Shown piece after piece: positions 51,000 to 64,000 of a stretch of 64,000 nt of DNA. The notes below the pieces were generated by a model. It ran no database searches. It had not been told where the DNA came from and saw nothing but the letters and a program-made list of their open reading frames with translations. The first letter of the stretch is position 1. The number at the start of each line of letters is the position of its first letter. Source of the DNA: Heptranchias perlo (Eukaryota); assembly GCF_035084215.1 (NCBI RefSeq), contig NC_090364.1:4588001-4652000 (forward strand). The letters are read 5' to 3'. Made by a program: the position numbers and the translations under genes.

Positions 51000-51299
51000 T
51001 AATTCAGGTTTGACAAACTAAATGTTAAATTAAGTGGTTGCTTATTTTTCAAATTGTGACAACAAAATCCAATTCAATATTAAACAGTTTATTTCCAGAT
51101 AGTGACAGTTACTATTAGATTTCACATCAAGAGCCCAGGCCTCACAGGTTTGTGCAAAGTCACACAAGTCATCACTGCTACAGGATTTGGGGGGGGTTGG
51201 AAAGAAGTGGGGTGTCAATATTATACAACAGGAGCATGACCAATAAGCTATACCCCTGCAGTCAGTTTAATCACTCTCCCCCAGCATGTGCTTGTCAAA
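51000..51299 (-). pseudogene. Relic of another ferritin copy: last codons of exon 4 plus 3'UTR
   Basis: The - strand tttgacaagcacatgctgggggagagtgattaa (FDKHMLGESD*, 51299-51267) is fused via a tttg microhomology to the 3' flank of copy 9. Confidence 0.82.
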
Positions 51300-51481
51300 T
51301 TATGTTACTGATAAATAAGCAACAGCTCAAGATTTTAAACAAGGAGACAAAACCAGTCCAGTGTTCACTGTTTATTTACAGTTACTACCACATTCCACCT
51401 CAAGAGCCCAACACAAATCATCATTTAGAGGATGGGCAGTCTCAAGACTATAAAAAAATAGGCTATAACCCTGCAGTCAGT

Positions 51482-53566
<2,085 letters not shown>

Positions 53567-53851
53567 CTTTATTATATCTTATATTTTCACTATCACCTGG
53601 ACAGTTCGACATCTACCCTCTTCCCTCACAAGCTCTTGTATTTATGCTACTGGGACAGCCCGCATTGAAGCAAGGAATGACATCACCAATGATGATTGAC
53701 AATTCCCGATAACCACTCAGGAATCGTCCATGAATCCAGGCACCAATTAACAAAGGACAGGGGTGTGGTGGAGGAGAGGTTGATACCCAGAGCCAATCAG
53801 AGCTTTGGAATACAGGCTGGTTTGGGTGATTGGTCTCAGTGATATCACTGC

Positions 53852-54178
53852 TTTTTTTTGGACGAAAATAATTCTAAGATGGGACACTTGTGTAACTGTC
53901 TTGAGACCCAGTGTCACCTGTATTTTTTTTTGGACATCTTGATTTCTTTATCACGATATCAAACAAAACCAGAATCAAATTATAACTTTATTGTGAGAGT
54001 CGAGGATTCGCTCCAGTCCCTGCTGCTCCCACCAGTCGCGGAAAGCCTCAACCATAACGGCAGACACGGAATGCTCTTCTCCAGGGCCAAGTGGGCGCAG
54101 AGAATGCTGCGGACGAGAGTCGGAGCGACTGCCCCCACAGGCCGTGTCCGTCTTGTACCTGTGGATGGTCACCTTTGG
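53852..54178 (-). mobile_element. Old Tx1 3' fragment (duplicate of the promoter insertion)
   Basis: Reverse complement of 30781-31105. Confidence 0.85.
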
Positions 54179-54638
54179 TGCTTTTTGGGTTCTTTGACCT
54201 CCCTCATAGTGCCTCTTTGTATAAATCTCTCAGAATCACAACTTTGAATTATTTGATAATAATTTGATATTTTCACTGAAGTGGCTTTTCATAATCTGGT
54301 CAAGTTTATTACTTGCAAGTAACAGTGATGATGAGACAATATTCAACGCAATCAAGTCGTCTTGAGTGAATTTGCAAACCAACCATTGGACAGAGAAATG
54401 GAAATTCCATCCCATGGATGGTGTGAATCGTCCCCAGTTCTAATATCGAGAATGGGTGTGTCTGAGGATTGGCAGCATGGGGGCATCAACTGGGCAAAGC
54501 ATTGTGGGATGTGTCATTTTTATGTTTGATTCTCATGAAATGTTGTTTGGTAAAATTCAGGATATTCAGCGAGAATGAGAGGGAGTGAAGATTACTGAAT
54601 GCAATGTCACCCACACAAACATCTCCATTTGTGTCAGC

Positions 54639-54990
54639 TGTGGCTCAGTGGCAGCACTCTCACCTCAGAGTCAGAAGGTTGTGGGTTCAAGTCCCAATCC
54701 AAAGACTTGAGGACAAAATCTAGGCTGACTGACAGAGTGCTGCAGTTTCGGAGATAGAGTCTTTCATTCAAAAGAGACCCAGTCTTCCCTCTCAGGTGGA
54801 TGTAAAAGATCCCTAAGCACTATTTTGAGAAAGAGCAGGGGTGTTCTCCCCAGTGTCCTGGCCAATGTTTATCCCTCAAGCAACATCACTAAAACAGATT
54901 ATGTGGTTTTTATTTCATTGCTGTTTGTGGGATCTTGCTGTGGGCAAATTCACTTGTACATTACCACACTTCAAAAGTACTTCATTGGCC
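54639..54990 (+). mobile_element. DeuSINE in inverted array unit
   Basis: tRNA-like head plus Deu core. Confidence 0.7.
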
Positions 54991-57708
54991 GTGCTCTTTG
55001 TGGTCAGACTGTAGGAAGCGTATCAGCACGGAGTGGGGTGAACTTTGATCGAATATTTTTTTGAGGTGTAAACAGTTAACCCCCATTAGCCCAGTTGTGA
55101 CCTCAGTGTGGGGAATGTTTGCAGCTGATCCACATCCAGATTCAGCACAGAGCGAGCTGAAGACTTTTAGTCTGAAATATGAAACCATCAAACCAATCAG
55201 CAAATCCACACCGACTCGTACAATCGTGGCTCAGCAATGTATGAAATGTGGGGACATTGATCCCCCAAAAGTGCTTTTGAGAGAAGCAAAGACATTTACA
55301 TGGAATGACTGAAGACTGCAATTCCATCACACCCAGTGCAGTTCACAACTCAGTTCCTAAACTTCACTTGTAAACATTGGATAATTACAGCTACAGCATC
55401 AACATTTGAATCCATTCATTGGGGTTAAGGAGACTAATGGAGAACCAATAGGATGTGGAATGAAATGCAGTTTAATGAGCTGCAAACATTCCCCACACTG
55501 AGGTCACAACTGGGCTAAGGGACCGGACAGATGGTCTGAGAAAGCAGGGCAAAGACCAAGGGAAGTCTAGATTAAACTGCATTTATTTCAATGCAAGAAG
55601 TCTGATGGGCAAGGCAGATGAACTCAGGGCATGGATGGGTACATGGGACTGGGATGTTATAGCTATTACTGAAACATGGCTAAGGGAGGGGCAGGACTGG
55701 CAGGTCAATGTTCCAGGGTACAGATGCTATAGGAAAGATAGAGCAGGAGGTAAGAGAGGAGAGGGAGTTGCGTTCTTGATTAGGGAGAACATCACGGCAG
55801 TAGTGAGAGGGGATATATCCGAGGGTTCGCCCACTGAGTCTATATGGGTAGAACTGAAAAATAAGAAGGGAGAGATCACTTTGATAGGATTGTACTACAG
55901 AGCCCCAAATAGTCAACCGGAAATTGAGGAGCAAATATGTAAGGAAATTACAGACAGCCGCAAGGAAAATAGGGTGGTAATAGTAGGGGACTTTAACTTT
56001 CCCAACATTGACTGGGACAGCCATAGCATTAGGGGCTTGGATGGAGAGAAATTTGTTGAGTGTATTCAGGAGGAATTTCTCATTCAGTATGTGAATGGCC
56101 CGACCAGAGAGGGGGCAAAACTTGACCTCCTCTTGGGAAATAAGGAAGGGCAGGTGACAGAAGTGTTAGTGAGGGATCACTTTGGGACCAGTGATCATAA
56201 TTCCATTAGTTTTAAGATAGCTATGGAGAATGATAGGTCTGGCCCAAAAGTTAAAATTCTAAATTGGGGAAAGGCCAATTTTGATGGTATTAGACAGGAA
56301 CTTTCAGAAGTTGATTGGGAGAGTCTGTTGGCAGGCAAAGGGACGTCTGGTAAGTGGGAGGCTTTCAAAAGTGTGTTAACCAGGGTTCAGGGTAAGCACA
56401 TTCCTTATAAAGTGAAGGGCAAGGCTGGTAGAAGTAGGGAACCTTGGATGACTCGGGAGATTGAGGCCCTAGTCAGGAAGAAGAAGGAGGCATATGACAT
56501 GCATAGACAGCTGGGATCAAGCGGATCCCTTGAAGAGTATAGTGATTGCCGGAGTAGAGTTAAGAGAGAAATCAGGAGGGCAAAAAGAGGACATGAGATT
56601 GCTTTGCAGATAAGGCAAAGGTGAATCCAAAGAGCTTCTACAAATACATAAAGGGCAAAAGAGTAACTAGGGAGAGAGTAGGGCCTCTTAAGGATCAACA
56701 AGGTCATCTATGTGCGGAACCACAAGAGATGGGTGAGATCCTAAATGAATACTTCGCATCGGTATTTACGGTTGAGAAAGGCATGGATGTTAGGGAACTT
56801 GGGGAAATAAATAGTGATGTCTTGAGGAGTGTACATATTACAGAGAGGGAGGTGCTGGAAGTCTTAACGCGCATCAAGGTAGATAAATCTCCGGGACCTG
56901 ATGAAATGTATCCCAGGACGTTATGGGAGGTTAGGGAGGAAATTGCGGGTCCCCTAGCAGAGATATTTGAATCATCGACAACTACAGGTGAGGTGCCTGA
57001 AGATTGGAGGGTAGCAAATGTTGTGCCTTTGTTTAAGAAGGGTGGCAGGGAAAAGCCTGGGAACTACAGACCGGTGAGCCTGATATCTGTAGTGGGTAAG
57101 TTGTTAGAGGGTATTCTGAGAGACAGGATCTACAGGCATTTGGAGAGGCAGGGACTGATTAGGAACAGTCAGCATGGTTTTGTGATAGGAAAATCATGTC
57201 TCACAAATTTGATTGAGTTTTTTGAAGGGGTAACCAAGAAGATAGATGAGGGCTGTGCAGTAGACGTGGTCTACATGGACTTTAGCAAAGCCTTTGACAA
57301 GGTACCGCATGGTAGGTTGTTACATAAGGTTAAATCTCACGGGATCCAAGGTGAGGTCACCAATTGGATACAAAATTGGATTGACGACAGAAGACAGAGG
57401 GTGGTTTTTCAAACTGGAGGCCTGTGACCAGCGGTGTGCCTCAGGGATCGGTGCTGGGTCCGCTGTTATTTGTTATTTATATTAACGATTTGGATGAGAA
57501 TTTAGGAGGCATGGTTAGTAAGTTTGCAGATGACACCAAGATTGGTGGCATTGTGGACAGTGAAGAAGGTTATCTAGGATTGCAACGGGATCTTGAGTTT
57601 GACTTATAGGGAGATGTTGGATAGACTGAGACTTTTTTCCCTGGAGAGTCGGAGGTTTAGGGGTGATCTTATAGAAGTCTATAAAATAATGAGGGGCATA
57701 GATAAGGT

Positions 57709-57916
57709 CGTCATGATGTGGAGATGCCGGTGATGGACTGGGGTTGACAATTGTAAACAATTTTACAACACCACGTTATAGTCCAACAATTTTTATTTGA
57801 AATCTACAAGCTTTCGGAGGCTTCCATTTACCTGAGGAAGGAGGAAGCCTCCGAAAGCTTGTAGATTTCAAATAAAAATTGTTGGACTATAACTTGGTGT
57901 TGTAAAATTGTTTACA
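57709..57916. mobile_element. Penelope-like element terminal fragment forming a ~76-bp-arm hairpin
   Basis: Arms 57750-57825 and 57843-57918 are reverse complements with about one mismatch; TSD atagataaggt at 57698-57708 and 57917-57927; hammerhead motif in the loop and right arm. PLE assignment rests on the inverted-end architecture plus the hammerhead. Confidence 0.75.
57826..57866 (+). ncRNA. Minimal type I hammerhead ribozyme motif
   Basis: Stem I AUUUAC/GUAGAU, core CUGAGGA (57832-57838) plus A, stem II GGAGG-AAG-CCUCC, GAAA, palindromic stem III AAGCUU, predicted cleavage after 57860. Confidence 0.7.
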
Positions 57917-58116
57917 ATAGATAAGGTAGATAGTCAAAATCTTTTCCCAAAGGTAGGGGGCATACCGAGGGGGCATAGATTTAAGGTGAGAGGGGAGAGA
58001 TACAAAAGGGTCCAGAGGGGCAATTTTTTCATAGAATCATAGAATCATAGAAGTTACAACATGGAAACAGGCCCTTCGGCCCAACATGTCCATGTCGCCC
58101 AGTTTATACCACTAAG

Positions 58117-61058
58117 CTAGTCCCAATTGCCTGCACTTGGCCCATATCCCTCTATACCCATCTTACCCATGTAACTGTCCAAATGCTTTTTAAAAGACAA
58201 AATTGTACCCGCCTCTACTACTGCCTCTGGCAGCTCGTTCCAGACACTCACCACCCTTTGAGTGAAAAAATTGCCCCTCTGGACCCTTTTGTATCTCTCC
58301 CCTCTCACCTTAAATCTATGTCCCCTCGTTATAGACTCCCCTACCTTTGGGAAAAGATTTTGACTATCGACCTTATCTATGCCCCTCATTATTTTATAGA
58401 CTTCTATAAGATCACCCCTTAACCTCCTACTCTCCAGGGAAAAAAGTCCCAGTCTGTCTAACCTCTCCCTGTAAGTCAAACCATCAAGTCCCGGTAGCAT
58501 CCTAGTAAATCTTTTCTGCACTCTTTCTAGTTTAATAATATCCTTTCTATAATAGGGTGACCAGAACTGTACACAGTATTCCAAGTGTGGCCTCACCAAT
58601 GCCCTGTACAACTTCAACAAGACATCCCAACTCCTGCATTCAATGTTCTGACCAATGAAACCAAGCATGCCGAATGCCTTCTTCACCACCCTATCCACCT
58701 GTGACTCCACTTTCAAGGAGCTATGAACCTGTACTCCGAGATCTCTTTGTTCTATAACTCTCCCCAACGCCCTACCATTAACGGAATAGGTCCTGGCCCG
58801 ATTCGATCTACCAAAATGCATCACCTCACATTTATCCAAATTAAACTCCATCTGCCATTCATCGGCCCACTGGCCCAATTGATCAAGATCCCGTTGCAAT
58901 CCTAGATAACCTTCTTCACTGTCCACAATGCCACCAATCTTGGTGTCATCTGCAAACTTACTAACCATGCCTCCTAAATTCTCATCCAAATCATTAATAT
59001 AAATAACAAATAACAGCGGACCCAGCACCGATCCCTGAGGCACACCGCTGGACACAGGCATCCAGTTTGAAAAACAACCCTCTACAACCACCCTCTGTCT
59101 TCTGTCGTCAAGCCAATTTTGTATCCAATTGGCTACCTCACCTTGGATCCCATGAGATTTAACCTTATGTAACAACCTACCATGCGGTACCTTGTCAAAT
59201 GCTTTGCTGAAGTCCATGTAGACCACGTCTACTGCACAGCCCTCATCTATCTTCTTGGTTACCCCTTCAAAAAACTCAATCAAATTCGTGAGACATGATT
59301 TTCCTCTCACAAAACCATGCTGACTGTTCCTAATTAGTCCCTGCCTCTCCAAATGCCTGTAGATCCTGTCCCTCAGAATACCCTCTAACAACTTACCCAC
59401 TACAGATGTCAGGCTCACTGGTCTGTAGTTCCCAGGCTTTTCCCTGCCGCCCTTCTTAAACAAAGGCACAACATTTGCTACCCTCCAATCTTAAGGCACC
59501 TCACCTGTAGCGGTGGATGATTCAAATATCTCTGCTAGGGGACCCGCAATTTCCTCCCTAACCTCCCATAACGTCCTGGGATACATTTCATCAGGTCCCG
59601 GAGATTTATCTACCTTGATGCGCGTTAAGACTTCCAGCACCTCCCTCTCTGTAATATGTACACTCCTCAAGACATCACTATTTATTTCCCCAAGTTCCCT
59701 AACATCCATGCCTTTCTCAACCGTAAATACCGATGTGAAATATTCATTCAGGATCTCACCCATTTCTTGTGGTTCCGCACATAGATGACCTTGTTGATCC
59801 TTAAGAGGCCCTACTCTCTCCCTAGTTACCCTTTTGCCCTTTATGTATTTGTAGAAGCTCTTTGGATTCACCTTTGCCTTATCTGCAAAGCAATCTCATG
59901 TCCTCTTTTTGCCCTCCTGATTTCTCTCTTAACTCTACTCCGGCAATCACTATACTCTTCAAGGGATCCGCTTGATCCCAGCTGTCTATGCATGTCATAT
60001 GCCTCCTTCTTCTTCCTGACTAGGGCCTCAATCTCCCGAGTCATCCAAGGTTCCCTACTTCTACCAGCCTTGCCCTTCACTTTATAAGGAATGTGCTTAC
60101 CCTGAACCCTGGTTAACACACTTTTGAAAGCCTCCCACTTACCAGACGTCCCTTTGCCTGCCAACAGACTCTCCCAATCAACTTCTGAAAGTTCCTGTCT
60201 AATACCATCAAAATTGGCCTTTCCCCAATTTAGAATTTTAACTTTTGGGCCAGACCTATCCTTCTCCATAGCTATCTTAAAACTAATGGAATTATGATCA
60301 CTTGTCCCAAAGTGATCCCTCACTAACACTTCTGTCACCTGCCCTTCCTTATTTTCCATGAGGAGGTCAAGTTTTGCCCCCTCTCTAGTCGGGCCATCCA
60401 CATACTGAATGAGAAATTCCTCCTGAATACACTCAACAAATTTCTCTCCATCCAAGCCCCTAATGCTATGGCTGTCCCAGTCAATGTTGGGAAAGTTAAA
60501 GTCCCCTACTATTACCACCCTATTTTTCTTGCAGCTGTCTGTAATCTCCTTACATATTTGCTCCTCAATTTCCCGTTGACTATTTGGGGGTCTGTAGTAC
60601 AATCCTATCAAAGTGATCTCTCCCTTCTTATTTTTCATTTCTACCCATATAGACTCAGTGGGCGAACCCTCGGATATATCCCCTCTCACTACTGCCGTGA
60701 TGTTCTCCCTAATCAAGAACGCAACTCCCCCTCCTCTCTTACCTCCTGCTCTATCTTTCCTATAGCATCTGTACCCTGGAACATTGAGCTGCCAGTCCTG
60801 CCCCTCCCTTAGCCATGTTTCAGTAATAGCTATAACATCCCAGTCCCATGTACCCATCCATGCCCTGAGTTCATCTGCCTTGCCCATCAGACTTCTTGCA
60901 TTGAAATAAATGCAGTTTAATCTAGACTTCCCTTGGTCTTTGCCCTGCTTTCTCAGACCATCTGTCCGGTCATGTTCTGTACACTCTCCCTTACTGCCTT
61001 TTGTTTCTGTCACCATTTTATTTCCCACTGATTTCCTGCATCGGTTCCCATCCCCCTG
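58117..61058 (-). pseudogene. CR1 ORF2 (APE + RT) with one frameshift (~59885) and one nonsense codon (59491)
   Basis: ORFs 59868-61220, 59491-59871 and 58117-59469: [50 protein letters not shown]. Confidence 0.9.
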
Positions 61059-61063
61059 CCACA

Positions 61064-62011
61064 TTAGTTTAAACCCTCCCCAACAGCACTGGCAAACACT
61101 CCCCCTAGGACATTGGTTCCAGTCCTGCCCAGATGCAGACCGTCCAATTTGTACTGGTCCCACCTCCCCCAGAACCGGTTCCAATGGCCCAGGAATTTGA
61201 ATCCCTCCCTCTTGCACCATCTCTCAAGCCACGTATTCATCTTAGCTATCCTGTCATTCCTACTCTGACTTGCCCGTGGCACTGGTAGCAATCCTGAGAT
61301 TACTACCTTTGAGGTCCTACTCTTTAGTTTAACTCCTAACTCCCTAAATTCAGCTTGTAGGACCTCATCCTGTTTGTTACCTATATCGTTGGTGCCTATA
61401 TGCACCACGACAACTGGCTGTTCACCCTCCCCCTCCAGAATGTCCTGCAGCCGCTCCGAGACATCCTTGACCCTTGCACCAGGGAGGCAACATACCATCC
61501 TGGAGTCTCGGTTGCGTCCGCAGAAACGCCTGTCTATTCCCCTTACAATCGAGTCCCCTATCACTATAGCTCTGCCACTCTTTTTCCTGCCCTCCTGTGC
61601 AGCAGAGCCAGCCACGGTGCCATGAACCTGGCCACTGCCACCTTCCCCTGGTGAGCCATCTCCCCCAACAGTATCCAAAACGGTATACCTGTTTTGGAGG
61701 GAGATGACCGCAGGGGACCCCTGCACTGCCTTCCTACTCTTCCTCTGTCTGTTGGTCACCCATTCACTATCTCCCTCAGTAATTTTTATCTGTGGTGTGA
61801 CCAACTCACTGAACGTGCTATCCACGACTTTCTCAGCATCGCGGATGCTCCAAAGTGAGTCCATCCGCAGCTCCAGAGCCGTCAAGTGGTCAAACAATAG
61901 CTGCAGCTGGACACACTTCCCGCAGGTGAAGGAATCAGGGATACAGGAAGGAGCCCTGAATTCCCACATCTCACAAGAGGAACATGACACGGCTCTAGGA
62001 TCTCCTGCCAT
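61064..62011 (-). CDS. CR1 ORF1 (zinc finger/leucine zipper + SGNH esterase-like domain)
   Basis: CSSC...CGKC, heptad leucines, VIGDS, VHIGTND, DGLH; intact 315 aa. Confidence 0.9.
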   Translation of the reverse strand: MAGDPRAVSCSSCEMWEFRAPSCIPDSFTCGKCVQLQLLFDHLTALELRMDSLWSIRDAEKVVDSTFSELVTPQIKITEGDSEWVTNRQRKSRKAVQGSPAVISLQNRYTVLDTVGGDGSPGEGGSGQVHGTVAGSAAQEGRKKSGRAIVIGDSIVRGIDRRFCGRNRDSRMVCCLPGARVKDVSERLQDILEGEGEQPVVVVHIGTNDIGNKQDEVLQAEFRELGVKLKSRTSKVVISGLLPVPRASQSRNDRIAKMNTWLERWCKREGFKFLGHWNRFWGRWDQYKLDGLHLGRTGTNVLGGVFASAVGEGLN

Positions 62012-62319
62012 GACTCAACCCTTAAGTTAGCTTAACAACAACTGCAATGTCAAGAGAAAAAAAAGGAAAGAAAAACTACTTACCACTCCCTTTAAGGAGT
62101 TTACTCCTTTAAATTGTTCTCAATTTAGAGAATGTTAACTACACTAGGGACCTTGATTCACTAAAAAATAAACGCTACTTCCTATAAGACCTGCAGACCT
62201 TCCCTTTCCTTTTACTTTAGTTACTGTAGATAAGTAGAAATACTCACCTGAACCTACTCCCCAATCAGGTGCCTCCCCTGTGTCGCGTCCCGATCTGATT
62301 CCTGACGTCACTTCGAACT

Positions 62320-62670
62320 CGGTCGCAGCTCCGCTCGGCTCGGCTCCTCTCAGCGCTCTGAAATCCCGCCTTTTATCAGACGCTCCCTCCGCTCGGCTCG
62401 GCTCCTCTCAGCTGTTCTCAGCGCTCTGAAATCCCGCCTTTTATCGGATGCTCCCTCCGCTCGGCTCGGCTCCTCTCAGCTGTTCTCAGCGCTCTGAAAT
62501 CCCGCCTTTTATCGGACGCTCCCTCCGCTCGGCTTGGCTCCTGTCAGCTGTTCTCAGCGCTCTGAAATCCCGCCTTTTATCGGTCGCAGCTCCGCTCCGC
62601 TCGGCTCCTCTCAGCTGTTCTCAGCGCTCTGAAATCCCGCCTTTTATCGGACGCTCCCTCCTCTCCTCTC
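62320..62670 (-). repeat. Five ~68-bp GC-rich tandem monomers at the CR1 5' end
   Basis: gccttttatc recurs at 62368, 62436, 62504, 62572 and 62639. Confidence 0.92.
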
Positions 62671-63859
62671 AGACACTCACCACTCTTTTCACTCAAAGAG
62701 TGGTGAGTGTCTGGAACGAGCTGCCAGAGGCAGGTACAATTTTGTCTTTTAAAAAGCATTTGGACAGTTACATGGGTAAGATGGGTATAGAGGCCAAGTG
62801 CAGGCAATTGGGACTAGCTTAGTGGTATAAACTGGGCGACATGGACATGTTGGGCCGAAGGGCCTGTTCTATGTTGTAAACTTCTATGAAATGCACAATG
62901 GCACTAAAGGCAAATTGTTAAATTCATGGAGGAGTTGATTGTATTGGGTTTATGAATTAATGGAACAGTGGGGGTGGTGGACGTTTACCCCTCAATGGAA
63001 AACTAGTTGTCGTTAACTTGGTGTTTTACGACGTGTATTCAATGAAATATTTGCTTCTTCCTGAAAGATTACATTTTGCTTAAATTCAGTTCCACAGGAA
63101 TTATTCTCCCTCCAGTACCTCACTCAATTTCTTGTTTATGTGGGAGTGGAAAGAAGGTAGAGAATTCTCCATGGGCCTGGGGTAAAGATGAAAAAAAAAA
63201 GGGAATGGAGAAAAATAAATTCTCCACCCCCACACTTTGACCTAAGAGGCCAATTGCTGTTGATTGCTCTCTCACGCAAGTCGAAGCCCCTTCATGCAAT
63301 GAGTACAGGGGGTTCAGACTATGATCTTGACAGTTCTACAGAACCAGCAGTATCATATGCAACTTTACTCACAAAACATCAGAATGTTTAAGTAGCAGCC
63401 ATTAAGGGAAGCTCACTAAACCAAATTAGCTGATCCATGGCATTTTACTTTTAAGTCAAAACACTGCACTGCTGTTCCCAGGGGAGCTACCATTTTGCAG
63501 GTTATTCATTGGACTGAAATAGTGCAATACTAATTCACCGGCCTTACGGTTTAATAAAAAAAGTGAGAAAAGTTACAGCAGCTGCTATATTGAGGGGTAG
63601 AGAGTTAACATTTATGGACAGGGGAAAGAGAATTTATCACCAATGGGAACAGTAACTTGTATGCAGCTGCCTTAGTTCTAAGCTTTGGCATACCCTCCTG
63701 AAATATCTACCTCCCCTCCCAAAACAGACCTTCCCTCCCAAAACCTACCTTTTGCTCACCTGTCCTAATATCTCATTAGGAGAGACAGTGTCAAAAGAGC
63801 CCAATGTAGTTCATGTCCAATGTAAAGCAAATTCTGTTACTGGTAAATGAGCAACAGCT

Positions 63860-64000
63860 CAAGGTTTAAAAAAAACAAAACCAGTCAAATGTTAACTGTT
63901 TATTTAGTTACAACCACATTCCACATCAAGAGCCCAGGTCTCCTGGCTCAGTACAAAGTCACACAAATCATTCAGTAGAGGATGGGAGGTCTCAAGACTA
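63860..64000 (-). other. 3'UTR of a further - strand ferritin copy beyond the window
   Basis: Reverse complement of the ferritin 3'UTR (compare 44280-44400); AATAAA on the - strand at ~63899-63904. Confidence 0.8.

Larger units (their letters stand above)
58031..62670 (-). mobile_element. Full-length CR1 LINE nested antisense inside a same-family CR1
   Basis: (TTCTATGA)n tail at 58031-58052, ORF2, ORF1, and a 5'UTR with tandem monomers. Confidence 0.95.
55520..62888 (+). mobile_element. 5'-truncated CR1 LINE (host), split by nested insertions: pieces 55520-57708, 57917-58030, 62686-62888
   Basis: ORFs 55605-56624 (APE), 56621-57427 and 57424-57609 (RT, FADD); the 3' end resumes at 62686 and ends in ttctatg. 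TSD atgaaatgca at 55460-55469 and 62886-62895. Confidence 0.9.

Noticed and set aside
62320-62670. Regularly spaced repeats suggestive of a CRISPR array
   Set aside because: No unique spacers, eukaryotic context, and part of a CR1 5'UTR.

Overview
Vertebrate (most likely cartilaginous-fish, judged from the DeuSINE/CR1/Penelope/Tx1 repeat content; inference) locus holding a tandem array of 4-exon ferritin genes (H/M-type, 176 aa). The + strand carries seven intact copies (ATG 16, 6046, 11043, 26833, 31394, 36244, 42044) and one copy truncated in exon 2 (16273). After an orientation switch near 46995 there is a - strand pseudogene (53566-51482), an exon-4 relic (~51270) and the 3'UTR of a further - strand copy at the window end. 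The array is riddled with retroelements: a nearly intact Tx1-group L1 element, an internally deleted one and several 3' fragments; a full-length CR1 nested antisense in another CR1; CR1/L2-group LINE fragments; SINEs; and a Penelope-type hairpin with a hammerhead ribozyme motif. Main leads: (1) the Tx1 family sits repeatedly at ferritin promoters, and all three young copies carry a different captured 3' segment, one resembling the start of a ZP3-like egg-coat gene and one a core promoter, suggesting a promoter-seeking retroelement moving among oocyte gene arrays; (2) the ferritin leaders lack an IRE; (3) a second ferritin subtype has lost a ferroxidase glutamate (E59K/N, L-chain-like) in an exon that resists homogenisation; (4) a near-invariant ~250-bp non-coding block lies upstream of every promoter.
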